Program-made: the position numbers and the translations under genes | NCBI GenBank assembly: GCA_964371945.1 | Contig: CAYJPA010000011.1 | Span: 12,391-76,390 of the forward strand | Direction of reading: 5' to 3' | DNA length: 64,000 nt | Source: an uncultured Sphaerobacteraceae bacterium | GTDB taxonomy: Bacteria > Chloroflexota > Chloroflexia > Thermomicrobiales > UBA6265 | The notes under the pieces: generated by a model | Told to the model about the DNA's origin: nothing | What the model saw: only the letters and a program-made list of their open reading frames with translations | Databases searched by the model: none | In this document: positions 48,829 to 58,082 of the stretch, piece after piece | Position numbering within the stretch: the stretch's first letter is position 1 | Layout: the number at the start of each line of letters is the position of its first letter

Positions 48829-49867
48829 CAGGCAAGGGTTCAGCGCCCTGCATGCCACGAAAGAAGAGCTCCTTTCAGTTGACGGACTGCGAGTCGAGTA
48901 CCTGACCGCGAGCGGCCCGGTCGTCGCGGTCGACGATGTCTCGTTCAAGATCCATCCGGGCGAGGTCTTTGGACTTGCCGGTGAATCCGGCAGCGGCAAA
49001 TCGACCGCCGCCCATGCGATCCTCCGCGTGCTTAACCCACCTGCTGTCATCTCAAGCGGAAATGTGCGATTTCGCGGTCAAGAAGTCTTCGAAATGAATG
49101 ACCACGAACTAGAGCAATTCCGCTGGCGAGACGTCTCGATGGTCTTCCAGAGCGCGATGAATGCCCTCAATCCCGTTCTGTCGATCGGTGACCAGATTTC
49201 GGACACGATCCTGGCCCACGAGCGAGTCCATCGCAAAGAGGCAATGGAACGTGCGGCCGAGCTGCTGACGATCGTTGGGATCGATTCCAGCCGCATCCGG
49301 TCGTTCCCGCATGAGCTCTCCGGCGGCATGCGGCAACGCGCGGTGATTGCGACCGCGCTCGCGCTTAACCCGCCACTGATGATCATGGACGAACCGACAA
49401 CCGCGCTCGACGTCGTCGTGCAGCAAGAGATCATGAATCAGATCGTTGAGCTTAAGGAGCGGCTTGGGTTCTCGATCCTCTTTATCACTCACGACCTCTC
49501 ATTGATGGTCGAATTCTCAACCAGGATCGCAATCATGTATGCCGGCGAGATCGTGGAGCTGGCCCCGGCCAGAGACCTGTTCGACGATCCCCTTCACCCG
49601 TATACCCAGGGTTTGATGTCCTCATTCCCATCGATCTCCGGCGAAAAACGGCCGCTGACCGGAATTCCGGGCTCTCCGCCGGATATGCTCCGACCGCCGT
49701 CGGGTTGCCGCTTTCATCCGCGCTGCGCATATGTCCAACCCGACCACACGCGAATCGTTCCGAAACTGCAAGAGGTGAAGCCGGGTCATTTTGTCGCCTG
49801 CCATCTTTACAACGCCGGAGTCGAGAGCGGCCGCGCCCTGACGATGAGAGGAGCGGTTCATGCCTAG
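48818..49867 (+). CDS. ABC transporter ATP-binding protein (DppD/OppD-like)
   Basis: Walker A GESGSGKST, signature LSGGMRQR, Walker B MIMDEPTTALD, C-terminal oligopeptide-type extension with CRFHPRC. GTG 48818 chosen as start (11-nt overlap with the permease), but the start is uncertain. Confidence 0.85.
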   Translation: MQTNRQGFSALHATKEELLSVDGLRVEYLTASGPVVAVDDVSFKIHPGEVFGLAGESGSGKSTAAHAILRVLNPPAVISSGNVRFRGQEVFEMNDHELEQFRWRDVSMVFQSAMNALNPVLSIGDQISDTILAHERVHRKEAMERAAELLTIVGIDSSRIRSFPHELSGGMRQRAVIATALALNPPLMIMDEPTTALDVVVQQEIMNQIVELKERLGFSILFITHDLSLMVEFSTRIAIMYAGEIVELAPARDLFDDPLHPYTQGLMSSFPSISGEKRPLTGIPGSPPDMLRPPSGCRFHPRCAYVQPDHTRIVPKLQEVKPGHFVACHLYNAGVESGRALTMRGAVHA

Positions 49868-50870
49868 TGTTGGGACCGCGCTGGCCCCGCTTCTGGAGGT
49901 TCGTGGACTTTCCAAGCAATTCAACGTTGGCGGTTTTTTTCGCAAGCTTCAGCTCCACGCGCTCCAGGATGTCTCGTTCACGGTCGAACGCGGCGAAGTG
50001 GTCGCGCTCGTCGGGGAGTCCGGAAGCGGCAAGAGCACAATCGCCCGGATTGTGGCCAGGTTGATACCGCCAACAGCCGGCGAGGTGCACTTCAAAGGCA
50101 CGGATGTCATCAAATCGGAACCGCATGGCGCTTCATTGAGCTATCGCTCCGACGTCCAGATGATCTTTCAGGACCCATTTGGCTCGCTGAATCCGGTCCA
50201 GACAATTGGTCATCACCTCGAACGGCCGCTCAGGGTTCACGGCAAAACTCGCGGTGGGCGTGAAACCACCGCAAAGATCGAGGAGCTCCTTGCCACGGTT
50301 GGACTGAATCCCGCGGCCGAATACGCGGCCAAGTACCCGCATGAGCTATCGGGCGGCCAACGACAGCGCGTCTCGTTTGCGCGCGCGCTGGCGGTCGAAC
50401 CGGAAGTGCTGCTCGCTGACGAGCCGATTTCCATGCTCGATGTTTCGATCCGGATCGGCGTGATGAACTTGATGGAACGGCTCAAGCATGAACGCGGGAT
50501 CGCCTATCTGTACATCACGCACGACATCGCGAGCGCCCGCTACATCGGCGATCGGACGATGGTGATGTATGGGGGGCGGATCGTCGAAGCGGCGCCCAGC
50601 GAAGAGCTGATCAAGAAGCCCGCGCATCCCTACACCTCGCGCCTGCTTGCCGCTGTGCCGAATCCTGAGTCCACCCTCAAGAAGGAAGCCAGCGATGGCC
50701 GCTGGGAACCGCCGCGCTTGATCGACCCGCCGCCAGGCTGCCCCTTCGCGGCAAGATGCCCGCACGTCATGGATGTTTGCCGGCAGGTCATGCCGGGCGC
50801 GGAGCTCATTGCCCCACACCATTGGGTTCGCTGTCATCTTCATGGCCCTGGAGGGAATGTCATCGCCTAG
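49860..50870 (+). CDS. ABC transporter ATP-binding protein (DppF/OppF-like)
   Basis: Walker A GESGSGKST, signature LSGGQRQR, Walker B LLADEPISMLD, C-terminal CPFAARCP. Confidence 0.9.
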   Translation: MPSVGTALAPLLEVRGLSKQFNVGGFFRKLQLHALQDVSFTVERGEVVALVGESGSGKSTIARIVARLIPPTAGEVHFKGTDVIKSEPHGASLSYRSDVQMIFQDPFGSLNPVQTIGHHLERPLRVHGKTRGGRETTAKIEELLATVGLNPAAEYAAKYPHELSGGQRQRVSFARALAVEPEVLLADEPISMLDVSIRIGVMNLMERLKHERGIAYLYITHDIASARYIGDRTMVMYGGRIVEAAPSEELIKKPAHPYTSRLLAAVPNPESTLKKEASDGRWEPPRLIDPPPGCPFAARCPHVMDVCRQVMPGAELIAPHHWVRCHLHGPGGNVIA

Positions 50871-50942
50871 TCCAAACGTCGCCGGCGGTTTCACCAGCGC
50901 CGGCTCATCGCGCGCGCTCAGCGGCACCAGGAGAAATCTGTT

Positions 50943-52037
50943 GTGATTCAACTTGGCATCATCGGTTGCGGCGACGTCGCCTTCCGAACCTATATCCCGG
51001 CACTAGAGTCGCTCATGGGGACCGCCCCGACCGTTGCCTGCTTTGATCCCATCGCCGAGCGCGCGGCAAACGCCGCGGCGAATTTTCCGGGCGCGGTTGC
51101 CTATACCGAGCTCGACAAATTCCTGGCTCATCCTGGGCTCATCGGCGTTTTCAACCTAACGCCGGCTCCATTGCACCGGCAGACCTCAATCCCTGCTCTG
51201 GACGCGGGGTTACACGTGTTCACCGAAAAGCCGGTATCCTCCTCGGTCGCCGGCGCACAATCGCTGATCGCGCACGCGAAAGAGCGCGATCGCCTGCTGC
51301 TCTGCGCTCCCGCGGTCATCGCGACCAACCGTTTTCGCTGGATGCACGAGATTATCGCCGCCGGCCGCATCGGCCGGCCGACGCTTGCGACATCCCAAAT
51401 CGGTACCATGGGGCCGGCGGGTTGGCGCGCATACACCGGCGATCCGGCTGTTTTCTACGCCCCCGATGTCGGACCCAATATCGATCTCGGCGTCTATTCG
51501 CTCCACGCGATTACAGGGTTGTTTGGACCCGCGAAGCGCGTGCAGGCCTTCGGGGGAATCACGATCCCCAAACGCAAAGTGCTCATTCCCCGGTTGGCCG
51601 GGCAGACGATCGACGTCAAGGCCAACGATCACATGCTCATGCATCTCGACTTCGGCAACAACTCGTTCGCCCAGATTCTGGCTAGCTTCGCGATTCCACG
51701 CAGCAAAACGCCGGTGTTCGAACTGCACGGCGACCTGGGCTCAATCTCCATCAGCGCGGATGTCTGGTACAACGGCGATGGACCGATCGACATCTACCAG
51801 CGAGACGACACGATGCTGGGCGTTGAGGGATGGATCGACGGCGTTGTCTCGCCGGAGGCGAGCGGCGGTTACGCGAACATGATCGCCGCCGGACCCAAAC
51901 ACTTCGTCGCGTGCATTAAAGGAGAGGAGCAACCGATTCTCACCGGAGAGCACGCGTGTCACGTGCTCGAGATCATGCTCGCATCGCAACAATCGTGCAT
52001 GGAAGGCAAAGCCATCGAGCTAGCGACGAGCTTCTAG
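50943..52037 (+). CDS. Gfo/Idh/MocA family NAD(P)-dependent oxidoreductase
   Basis: N-terminal Rossmann LGIIGCGDVAF and EKP motif (VFTEKPV). GTG start. Confidence 0.85.
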   Translation: MIQLGIIGCGDVAFRTYIPALESLMGTAPTVACFDPIAERAANAAANFPGAVAYTELDKFLAHPGLIGVFNLTPAPLHRQTSIPALDAGLHVFTEKPVSSSVAGAQSLIAHAKERDRLLLCAPAVIATNRFRWMHEIIAAGRIGRPTLATSQIGTMGPAGWRAYTGDPAVFYAPDVGPNIDLGVYSLHAITGLFGPAKRVQAFGGITIPKRKVLIPRLAGQTIDVKANDHMLMHLDFGNNSFAQILASFAIPRSKTPVFELHGDLGSISISADVWYNGDGPIDIYQRDDTMLGVEGWIDGVVSPEASGGYANMIAAGPKHFVACIKGEEQPILTGEHACHVLEIMLASQQSCMEGKAIELATSF

Positions 52038-52145
52038 CTCTCAGCCTCAAGCCCCAAGCTTCAAGCTACAAGCTGGGTGGCGGTTTTGAGGGTTCATCCA
52101 ATCGATCGTGCTTTGTGCTTGTAGCTTGTGGCTTGAAGCTTGTAG
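52031..52145. repeat. inverted arrays of the heptamer CTNCAAG filling the intercistronic gap
   Basis: Left arm 52031..52072 holds six 7-mers: cttctag ctctcag cctcaag ccccaag cttcaag ctacaag. Right arm 52111..52145 holds five reverse-complement 7-mers: ctttgtg cttgtag cttgtgg cttgaag cttgtag. The arms are separated by 38 nt. Confidence 0.7.
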
Positions 52146-52157
52146 CCAGGAGTCCAA

Positions 52158-52910
52158 ATGTCTGTCGCACTCGAGCTCTACACCGTTCGTTCGCTTACCA
52201 AGGATGATTTCATCGGCACGCTCAAAAAGCTGGCCGAGGGTGGATGCACCGCGGTCGAATTCGCCGGATACGGCGGCATCTCCGCCAAAGACATGAAAGC
52301 CGAGCTCGACGCCCTCGGAATCACCGCCGCCGGCTCCCACGTGGGCTACAAGCTCTGGGACGAGGACCTCAGCGGCGCCATCAACGATCTGCTGACACTC
52401 GGTCTCGAGTACGCGACAATCCCCTGGCTCGCGCCCGAAATGCGGCCGACCACAGCTGATGACGTGAAAGCGCTCGCGAAGACCTTCAGCGGCTGGCAGA
52501 AGGCGTGTAAAGCGGCCGGAATTCGGCTCGGCTATCACAACCACGATTTCGAGTTCAACAAGATCGACGGCGTCACGATCTACGACATGCTCGCCGAACT
52601 GACCGATCTCGATCTCCAGCTCGACGTCTACTGGGCCAAATTCATCGGCTTCGACGCGGTTCCCTTGATCGAGAAGTACGCCGGCCGCATGCCGCAGCTG
52701 CACGTCAAAGACCTGAACAAGGACGGCAGCGGAGCGGACGCGGTCTTCGGCGAGGGCCAGGTTCCCTGGGACGAGGTGCTTCCGGCCGCCCATCGCAGCG
52801 GCACCAAGTGGTACATCGCCGAGCAGGACACCCCGAATGACCCACTCGCCGACTCCATCCAGGGCCTGAAAAACCTCCGCGCCAAACTGTCCGAGCTCGG
52901 AATCGCCTAA
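52158..52910 (+). CDS. sugar phosphate isomerase/epimerase (xylose isomerase-like TIM barrel)
   Basis: 250 aa. LGYHNHDFEF motif typical of the AP endonuclease 2/xylose-isomerase-like fold. Confidence 0.85.
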   Translation: MSVALELYTVRSLTKDDFIGTLKKLAEGGCTAVEFAGYGGISAKDMKAELDALGITAAGSHVGYKLWDEDLSGAINDLLTLGLEYATIPWLAPEMRPTTADDVKALAKTFSGWQKACKAAGIRLGYHNHDFEFNKIDGVTIYDMLAELTDLDLQLDVYWAKFIGFDAVPLIEKYAGRMPQLHVKDLNKDGSGADAVFGEGQVPWDEVLPAAHRSGTKWYIAEQDTPNDPLADSIQGLKNLRAKLSELGIA

Positions 52911-53392
52911 GTAGGTGCCGGTAAGTTCGCCTTCGTTTGGCGCCGCATGCGCGGCACGGAGTCCTTTGCGTCGGCGGGACGTCCGGCTGAGCGTCCCGTG
53001 GGTTCTCCGCGATGCCCGGCGAGCCACCAGTCCGGCACGTCATCGACCACGTCGCACCGCTCACCGCCCAGTCCACGGACTCCCTCGACCAACCCATCGA
53101 CGAACTGCCGCAACGTTGGCGCGAGCTGGCCGCGATGGTCGCGTTTGAGGAGACGCCACTCGCGCTCCTTCGGGTTGAGGTGCGGGCTGTCGCGGGAGAG
53201 CAGGATCACCTCCAGCCACGCTGCGCGATCCTCGAGGGCCTGTTGTGTCAGCTTGCTGGTGTGACAGGATCCGTTGTCCATGACGAGCATCACCTGGCGT
53301 TGGGTTGCGTCGTGGCGGGCATCCAGGGCCGCCAGGGAGCGCTCGATTCCCGCCGGGTCCGCCCGCGCCCCCACGACTTTCACCCGACCGCG
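52907..53392 (-). mobile_element. IS630-family transposase fragment (C-terminal DDE half only)
   Basis: VMLVMDNGSCHTSK (second Asp) and SPHLNPKEREWRLLK (Glu region) match the IS630/Tc1 DDE pattern. The N-terminal HTH half is missing. Confidence 0.65.
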
Positions 53393-53434
53393 CCCCGATG
53401 CTCCGAATTGCACTCCCAAAGTCCGTGGAGATGT

Positions 53435-53609
53435 TTCGATGCTCGTGACAGAGTGCGACGGCGTCTGCCAGCATCGCTTCGCCGCCGCGCTCCGGGCGCG
53501 TGGCGATGATCCGCTTCGCCAAAACTTCGCCTGTTTCGAGGCGGACGACTCCTCCAGCGATCTTGGTGGCACCGACATCGAGTCCGATGGAAAGCGCGCG
53601 ACCAGTCAA
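53435..53609 (-). pseudogene. 5-prime fragment of a ROK-family kinase/regulator gene
   Basis: MTGRALSIGLDVGATKIAGGVVRLETGEVLAKRIIATRPERGGEAMLADAV is a typical ROK N-terminus (DxGxT ATPase motif). The frame then dissolves into the IS630 fragment. Confidence 0.55.
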
Positions 53610-53639
53610 GTTGGGATTCTCCTTTCAACAGGCTCAATC

Positions 53640-54170
53640 TGATCACCGAGCAGATCGACTCCAACATCTTCGCTTGTTTCGTTGGCAACCGAAGTGCCGG
53701 ATCGGCGAGGGTTGAGTTTGCTCTTGTATGGGGCGTGCGGGATTGGTCACAAGCTAAGGCTTTTGCATGGCTGTCAAGATCGATTCTGCGGTCGCAATTG
53801 ATCCGATGGCAGACAGCGAACGAGTCAAGGTCAACCGAATTCTCGTCAATCTCGGTTCGAACGCCGCTGCCATAGCCAGATCGTGCCATTGTCCGTTTCA
53901 GCACCGTCGTCAGTGTCGTTGATCGACCGTCGAATTCCGCCTTGACAGAGCCGGAAATTGCTTAACTTGTAGCCCATCGAGGCTGTCCGGCGCCTCCTCC
54001 GCAAGTCCGCCCGGGAGCGCCTGCACCTTTCGGGCAGTGAAATTGGCGAGACAGGATCGGGTTGTGATCGGCTTTGGATGGGTCATAGCAGCATATCTGC
54101 TTCACAGAAGGGACATTCCAAGTAGTGATCTGATCCCAGCAGACCGGTGCCACCTGGGCAGGCCTTTTCA
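53640..54170 (+). pseudogene. decayed histidine-kinase C-terminal (HATPase) remnant with frameshifts and stops
   Basis: Frame A gives the N-box-like ADSERVKVNRILVNLGSNAAAIA. A shifted frame gives the G1-like VSLIDRRIPP. A third frame gives VIGFGWVIAAYLLHRRDIPSSDLIPADRCHLGRPF, resembling GLGL....hGG.I.v.S..g.G..f...lP. Confidence 0.4.
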
Positions 54171-54370
54171 ACAGGCTGGAGGGTTCGTGAGACGGCGGAC
54201 GGAGGAATCTTGCCGGTACGATATTGACTTTGGTATCGACCACGCTATCGTGGTGACAAGTATTCGTTGTAGCTGGCATGATGTTTCTTCCGTTCGATGG
54301 CACGGCTCGTCGCTGACGACCAACTGGAGGGGCAAGAATTGCACGCCCGCTGAAGCTCGGGATCCTACTC

Positions 54371-55273
54371 ATGCCAATCGAGGACCGGAAAGCGGATCTC
54401 GTTCCAGGTTGGACCGACATTCTGAGCATGGCCCAGACAGCCGAGGCGATCGGATTCGATTCCTTCTGGGTGCCCGATCACTTGACGATCGAGATGCCAT
54501 TGCCCGGTTGGGAACCCTCTGGGGCGTGGGAATGCTGGTCCCTTCTTGCCGCACTGGCCGCGACGACCTCCCGGATCAAGATCGGCTCGCTCGTCACTTG
54601 CACTGCTTTTCGCAATCCGGCGCTCCTAGCAAAAATGGCCGAAACCGTCGACGAGATCAGCGGCGGCCGCCTCACCCTCGGGCTTGGCGCCGGCTGGTGC
54701 GAGCCGGAGTTCCGAGCATTCGGCTTTCCGTTCGACCGACGCGTCAGCCGCTTCGAGGAGGCGCTGACGATCATCGGTGGCCTGATCCATCAAGGCCACG
54801 TCGATTTCCACGGCCAGTTCCACTTCGCGCATGACTGCGAATTGCGCCCGCGCGGCCCCCGTCCGAGAGGGCTCCCGATCCTTATCGGCGCCACCGCTGG
54901 CGATCGGATGATGCGGTTGGCCGCGTCTCATGCGGACACTTGGAATCGCGATGTCGACGGCATCAACCCCGGGTTCGAGCCCTACTCAAAGGAAGATCTT
55001 GCCGCTTGGCGGCCTCGGATCGACGCTGTGTGCGCCGGTGTCGGTCGCGATCCAGCGACGCTTTCTCGATCCGCACACGTCTTCGTCGATCTGCCGGGAT
55101 CTCCCGGCCGCCCTGGATTCGGCGCGCTCGCCGGCGAACCGGCCGAAATCGCCGCCGGCCTACTCACCTACGCGCAAGCCGGTTTCGACCATCTTCAGTT
55201 ATGGGTGGAGCCGAATACCGCCGCGGGTGTTGCGGCACTCGCTCCGATCCTCGCTGAACTCGATCAAACGTGA
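54371..55273 (+). CDS. LLM-class (luciferase-like) flavin/F420-dependent oxidoreductase
   Basis: FDSFWVPDHL, TSRIKIGSLVT, GRLTLGLGAGW motifs. The conserved N-terminal strand LKLGILL lies in frame upstream of the first ATG with no canonical start. Confidence 0.8.
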   Translation: MPIEDRKADLVPGWTDILSMAQTAEAIGFDSFWVPDHLTIEMPLPGWEPSGAWECWSLLAALAATTSRIKIGSLVTCTAFRNPALLAKMAETVDEISGGRLTLGLGAGWCEPEFRAFGFPFDRRVSRFEEALTIIGGLIHQGHVDFHGQFHFAHDCELRPRGPRPRGLPILIGATAGDRMMRLAASHADTWNRDVDGINPGFEPYSKEDLAAWRPRIDAVCAGVGRDPATLSRSAHVFVDLPGSPGRPGFGALAGEPAEIAAGLLTYAQAGFDHLQLWVEPNTAAGVAALAPILAELDQT

Positions 55274-55844
55274 ACGTGTGAGCGACGCTGGCCGAATGAA
55301 TGGTGGGACCATCGTGTCTGTCGCACACACGGTCCTGTCTGTTGAAAGAGCCGTCGACACCGTCCTTACGGTCGTCAAATCCATCCCAAGTTGCCCTCAG
55401 ATGCGGCACGAAGGCGTAAACCGAGCTTGGGCACGAGTCTTCTGACGCTCTTCAGGCTGCCTTTCGACTTTTTCAACAGGCTGGGTCGTTTTCGCGACGC
55501 GGATGCATCATTGCCCGTGTTCGACGAAGAGTTCGCCGTCTCGCACACGTGGGTCGTCCCGATCCGAGCGGGGATCTCGGAGGGGCGCGGCTTGACAGCG
55601 GGCCTCGATCGGGTAACGTAGGCGGCGTCGAAACCGGATCGTTCCGCGCCCTGGGAGCCCAGCATGGAGCCGTACCTGCCGTCCGAGGCCGGAATCTTGC
55701 AGCTTCGTACGATCGCTCAAATGGAGCGTTCGTTCGCGAACGGTGTAGGGTGTTATGAAAGAAGCGGAAGTTGCTGAATACCTGGACATCGGGTCGCGGC
55801 ACCCACGGGTTCACACGGTATGGCCGCTTTGATGAGAACAACCG

Positions 55845-56501
55845 TCACGAGAGGATCTCGCGAGCCATCTCCCGGCCGCTGGGTCGTTCGATAACGACCA
55901 CCTCACCCTGTTCGCCGCCGCGCCGCAGGCCCGCCACCTGGCTGGCTGCCGCGCGCTGGGCCATCTCGAGATCATCGACTGTGCCAAGAATGCGTGGCGC
56001 CCGACCAGGCGGGTGAAGCGTAATCTCATAGCTCGCGGTGGACGCTGCCGGACGGTCGACGGCAGCGACGTGCCGGTCCCACCGGCCGCGCGTTCTGACT
56101 GCCCAGACCGTGAGCACCACGCCAACCAGGTTGATCCCATACTCGCTGTATGACGTCACTTCGCCATTGACCGTCGTTCGACTGGACGCGGAGAGTGGAA
56201 CGTCGAAGAGCTGCGTCGTCAGACTGCCGTCTGTGTCCCAGGCCACGACGGGAATTTGGATCACCGTCCACGCCATGATCGCCGGCCAGCCGCCGATCCC
56301 AACACGACGCCCCGTCCACAGCAGGAGACCCGCACCCAAACCCCACAGACCCAGAATGGCTCGGCCGGTTGCCGGCACCTCACCTCCCAGCGCATCGCTC
56401 ACGTTGATGATGACACTCAGCGCTCCGACAACGATCGCGTAGGCCGCCAGCAGCGCCAGCCCGCGCCCAAGAACAGTCCATCGCGCTTGCAAGGAGTTCA
56501 T
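55845..56501 (-). CDS. hypothetical membrane protein (4 predicted TM segments plus a soluble C-terminal domain)
   Basis: Start MNSLQARW (ATG 56501) preceded by AAGGAG. Hydrophobic segments LALLAAYAIVVGALSVII, ILGLWGLGAGLLLW, WPAIMAWTVIQIPVV, INLVGVVLTVWAV. Confidence 0.55.
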   Translation of the reverse strand: MNSLQARWTVLGRGLALLAAYAIVVGALSVIINVSDALGGEVPATGRAILGLWGLGAGLLLWTGRRVGIGGWPAIMAWTVIQIPVVAWDTDGSLTTQLFDVPLSASSRTTVNGEVTSYSEYGINLVGVVLTVWAVRTRGRWDRHVAAVDRPAASTASYEITLHPPGRAPRILGTVDDLEMAQRAAASQVAGLRRGGEQGEVVVIERPSGREMAREILS

Positions 56502-56827
56502 CTGGCACTCCTTCAAATGTGAAAGGGATTCCGCTGTCCGCGCAGTATACCGCCCACCCTGAGCGCGCCGGCGTCCTTGGTCTTCGCGAGCATTCGCCGG
56601 TCGCTGAAGTCTCGCATACGAGGCTGCTTGCTGAAAAAGATTGTCTGCCGCCGGACGGGCACGCCTCACCACAAACTACGCTCACCCAATTTTCAACACG
56701 CTGAGCCCTTTTTGAAACAACGGGGGCTGCGTCGACGATTTCGCCGCCGTCGACGGTTAGGTTGCTCGCGTTTGTGGTTATGGGATGTGGATCTCATGCG
56801 GTTGCCTTCGCTTCCTGATCCACTTGG

Positions 56828-57946
56828 TCAGTCGACATCAGCGTCGATGATGCGGAAGAGCGCGCGGGCTTCTTGCCAGCGGGTATCGAGCACGATGATG
56901 TGCTCCTCGTAGGCGAGATCGGCGCCGAGGATCGCGATCACCTGAATCTCGCCGCCTGGGCTTTCACGGGCGAAGACGACACAACCGCCCGCGGCATCGG
57001 TCGAGCCGGTTTTGATCCCGATCACGCCGTTTTCGCCGAGGAGCTGGTTGGTGGTCAACCCGGAGTAGTGTTGCTCATAGCCGACCGACACGAACGAGTA
57101 ATCGGGCTGGGCCACGATCGCCGCGAGGGTGTCGTTTTTCATCAGTTCCGCGCCGAGCAAAGCAATCTCGCGGGCGGTCGAGTAGCTGTCTGGATCGTCG
57201 CCGCCAGTGGGATTAGTGAAGTGGGTGTGCTCCAGACCGAGATCCCCCGCGTAGGCATTCATCGCACCGACGAATGCAGCGATTGCCGCTTCGGCGTCCG
57301 ATTCTCCGCTGATTTCGGCGCCGGCGGAGCGGGCGAGCGCGTTCGCGGCGTCGCTGCCGGACGGGATCAATAAACCCTGCAGGAGCTGCTCGACGGTTAG
57401 GGTGTCGCCTTCGATCAGGAACATGTTGGAGTCGACCATCGGATCGACCAGATCCGAGGCCTCGATCGTCACCTCGTCGTCCAGATCCGCGTATTCCATG
57501 ACAACGAGCGCGGTGGCGATCTTGACCAGGCTGGCGATCGCGACCTCACTGTTTGCTGCGTATTGCACGAGCTCGTTCTCGGAATCGAGCTCAAATGCAA
57601 AATAGGAAGCAGCCGAAGCGGAACCATCCGAGGCGTCAGGATCGGCTTCGGGCGTTTTTTGGGGTGCGCTATCGTCGTTTTCCGACGATTCAATCGGAGG
57701 GGAGTCGTCGTCAAGCGTCGTTTCAGCTTGATTGGATGACGCTGGTTCGACGTCGGGAACGTTTGGCGATTCGATGGAGATTGTCTGCGCACCCTGAGTG
57801 CCGACGCCGGAGAAGTAGGCGACGAGCGAAACGAGTGCGACGCCCAGGAGAATCGTCGCGAGGTATTCAATGCGTGATTTCGTTTTTCGCCCCATTGCTG
57901 AAATCATGCTTCTCCCGAATTGATCCGATCCGACCGACATGAGCAA
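56828..57946 (-). CDS. D-alanyl-D-alanine carboxypeptidase (peptidase S11, PBP5-like)
   Basis: SxxK (ASLVKIAT), SxN-like (SGSDAANAL), and KTG (IKTGST) motifs. N-terminal TM anchor. Start uncertain among several Met codons. Confidence 0.8.
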   Translation of the reverse strand: MLMSVGSDQFGRSMISAMGRKTKSRIEYLATILLGVALVSLVAYFSGVGTQGAQTISIESPNVPDVEPASSNQAETTLDDDSPPIESSENDDSAPQKTPEADPDASDGSASAASYFAFELDSENELVQYAANSEVAIASLVKIATALVVMEYADLDDEVTIEASDLVDPMVDSNMFLIEGDTLTVEQLLQGLLIPSGSDAANALARSAGAEISGESDAEAAIAAFVGAMNAYAGDLGLEHTHFTNPTGGDDPDSYSTAREIALLGAELMKNDTLAAIVAQPDYSFVSVGYEQHYSGLTTNQLLGENGVIGIKTGSTDAAGGCVVFARESPGGEIQVIAILGADLAYEEHIIVLDTRWQEARALFRIIDADVD

Positions 57947-58082
57947 GAACGCGCATTATCAAGCGCTCGTTTCACTATTGTGCCGGACTCGTCGTCTTGT
58001 CGACTCGTCGAAAGAGCCGCGGCGGATTAGGCAATCCACCGCGGCTCTCGGTCAATGCTCGATCTTGAGGCGCGCTTGGGGC

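Noticed and set aside
53623-55482. Motif TTTCAACAGGCT occurring three times (53623, 54166, 55471)
   Set aside because: A 12-mer repeat is expected many times by chance in 64 kb. One copy lies inside the histidine-kinase remnant. There is no consistent position relative to gene starts.
55756-55833. 25-codon mini-ORF MKEAEVAEYLDIGSR... resembling the start of an excisionase/MerR-type HTH
   Set aside because: The similarity is limited to about 12 residues. The frame terminates immediately, and no continuation was recognised in other frames. Too weak to call even as a remnant.
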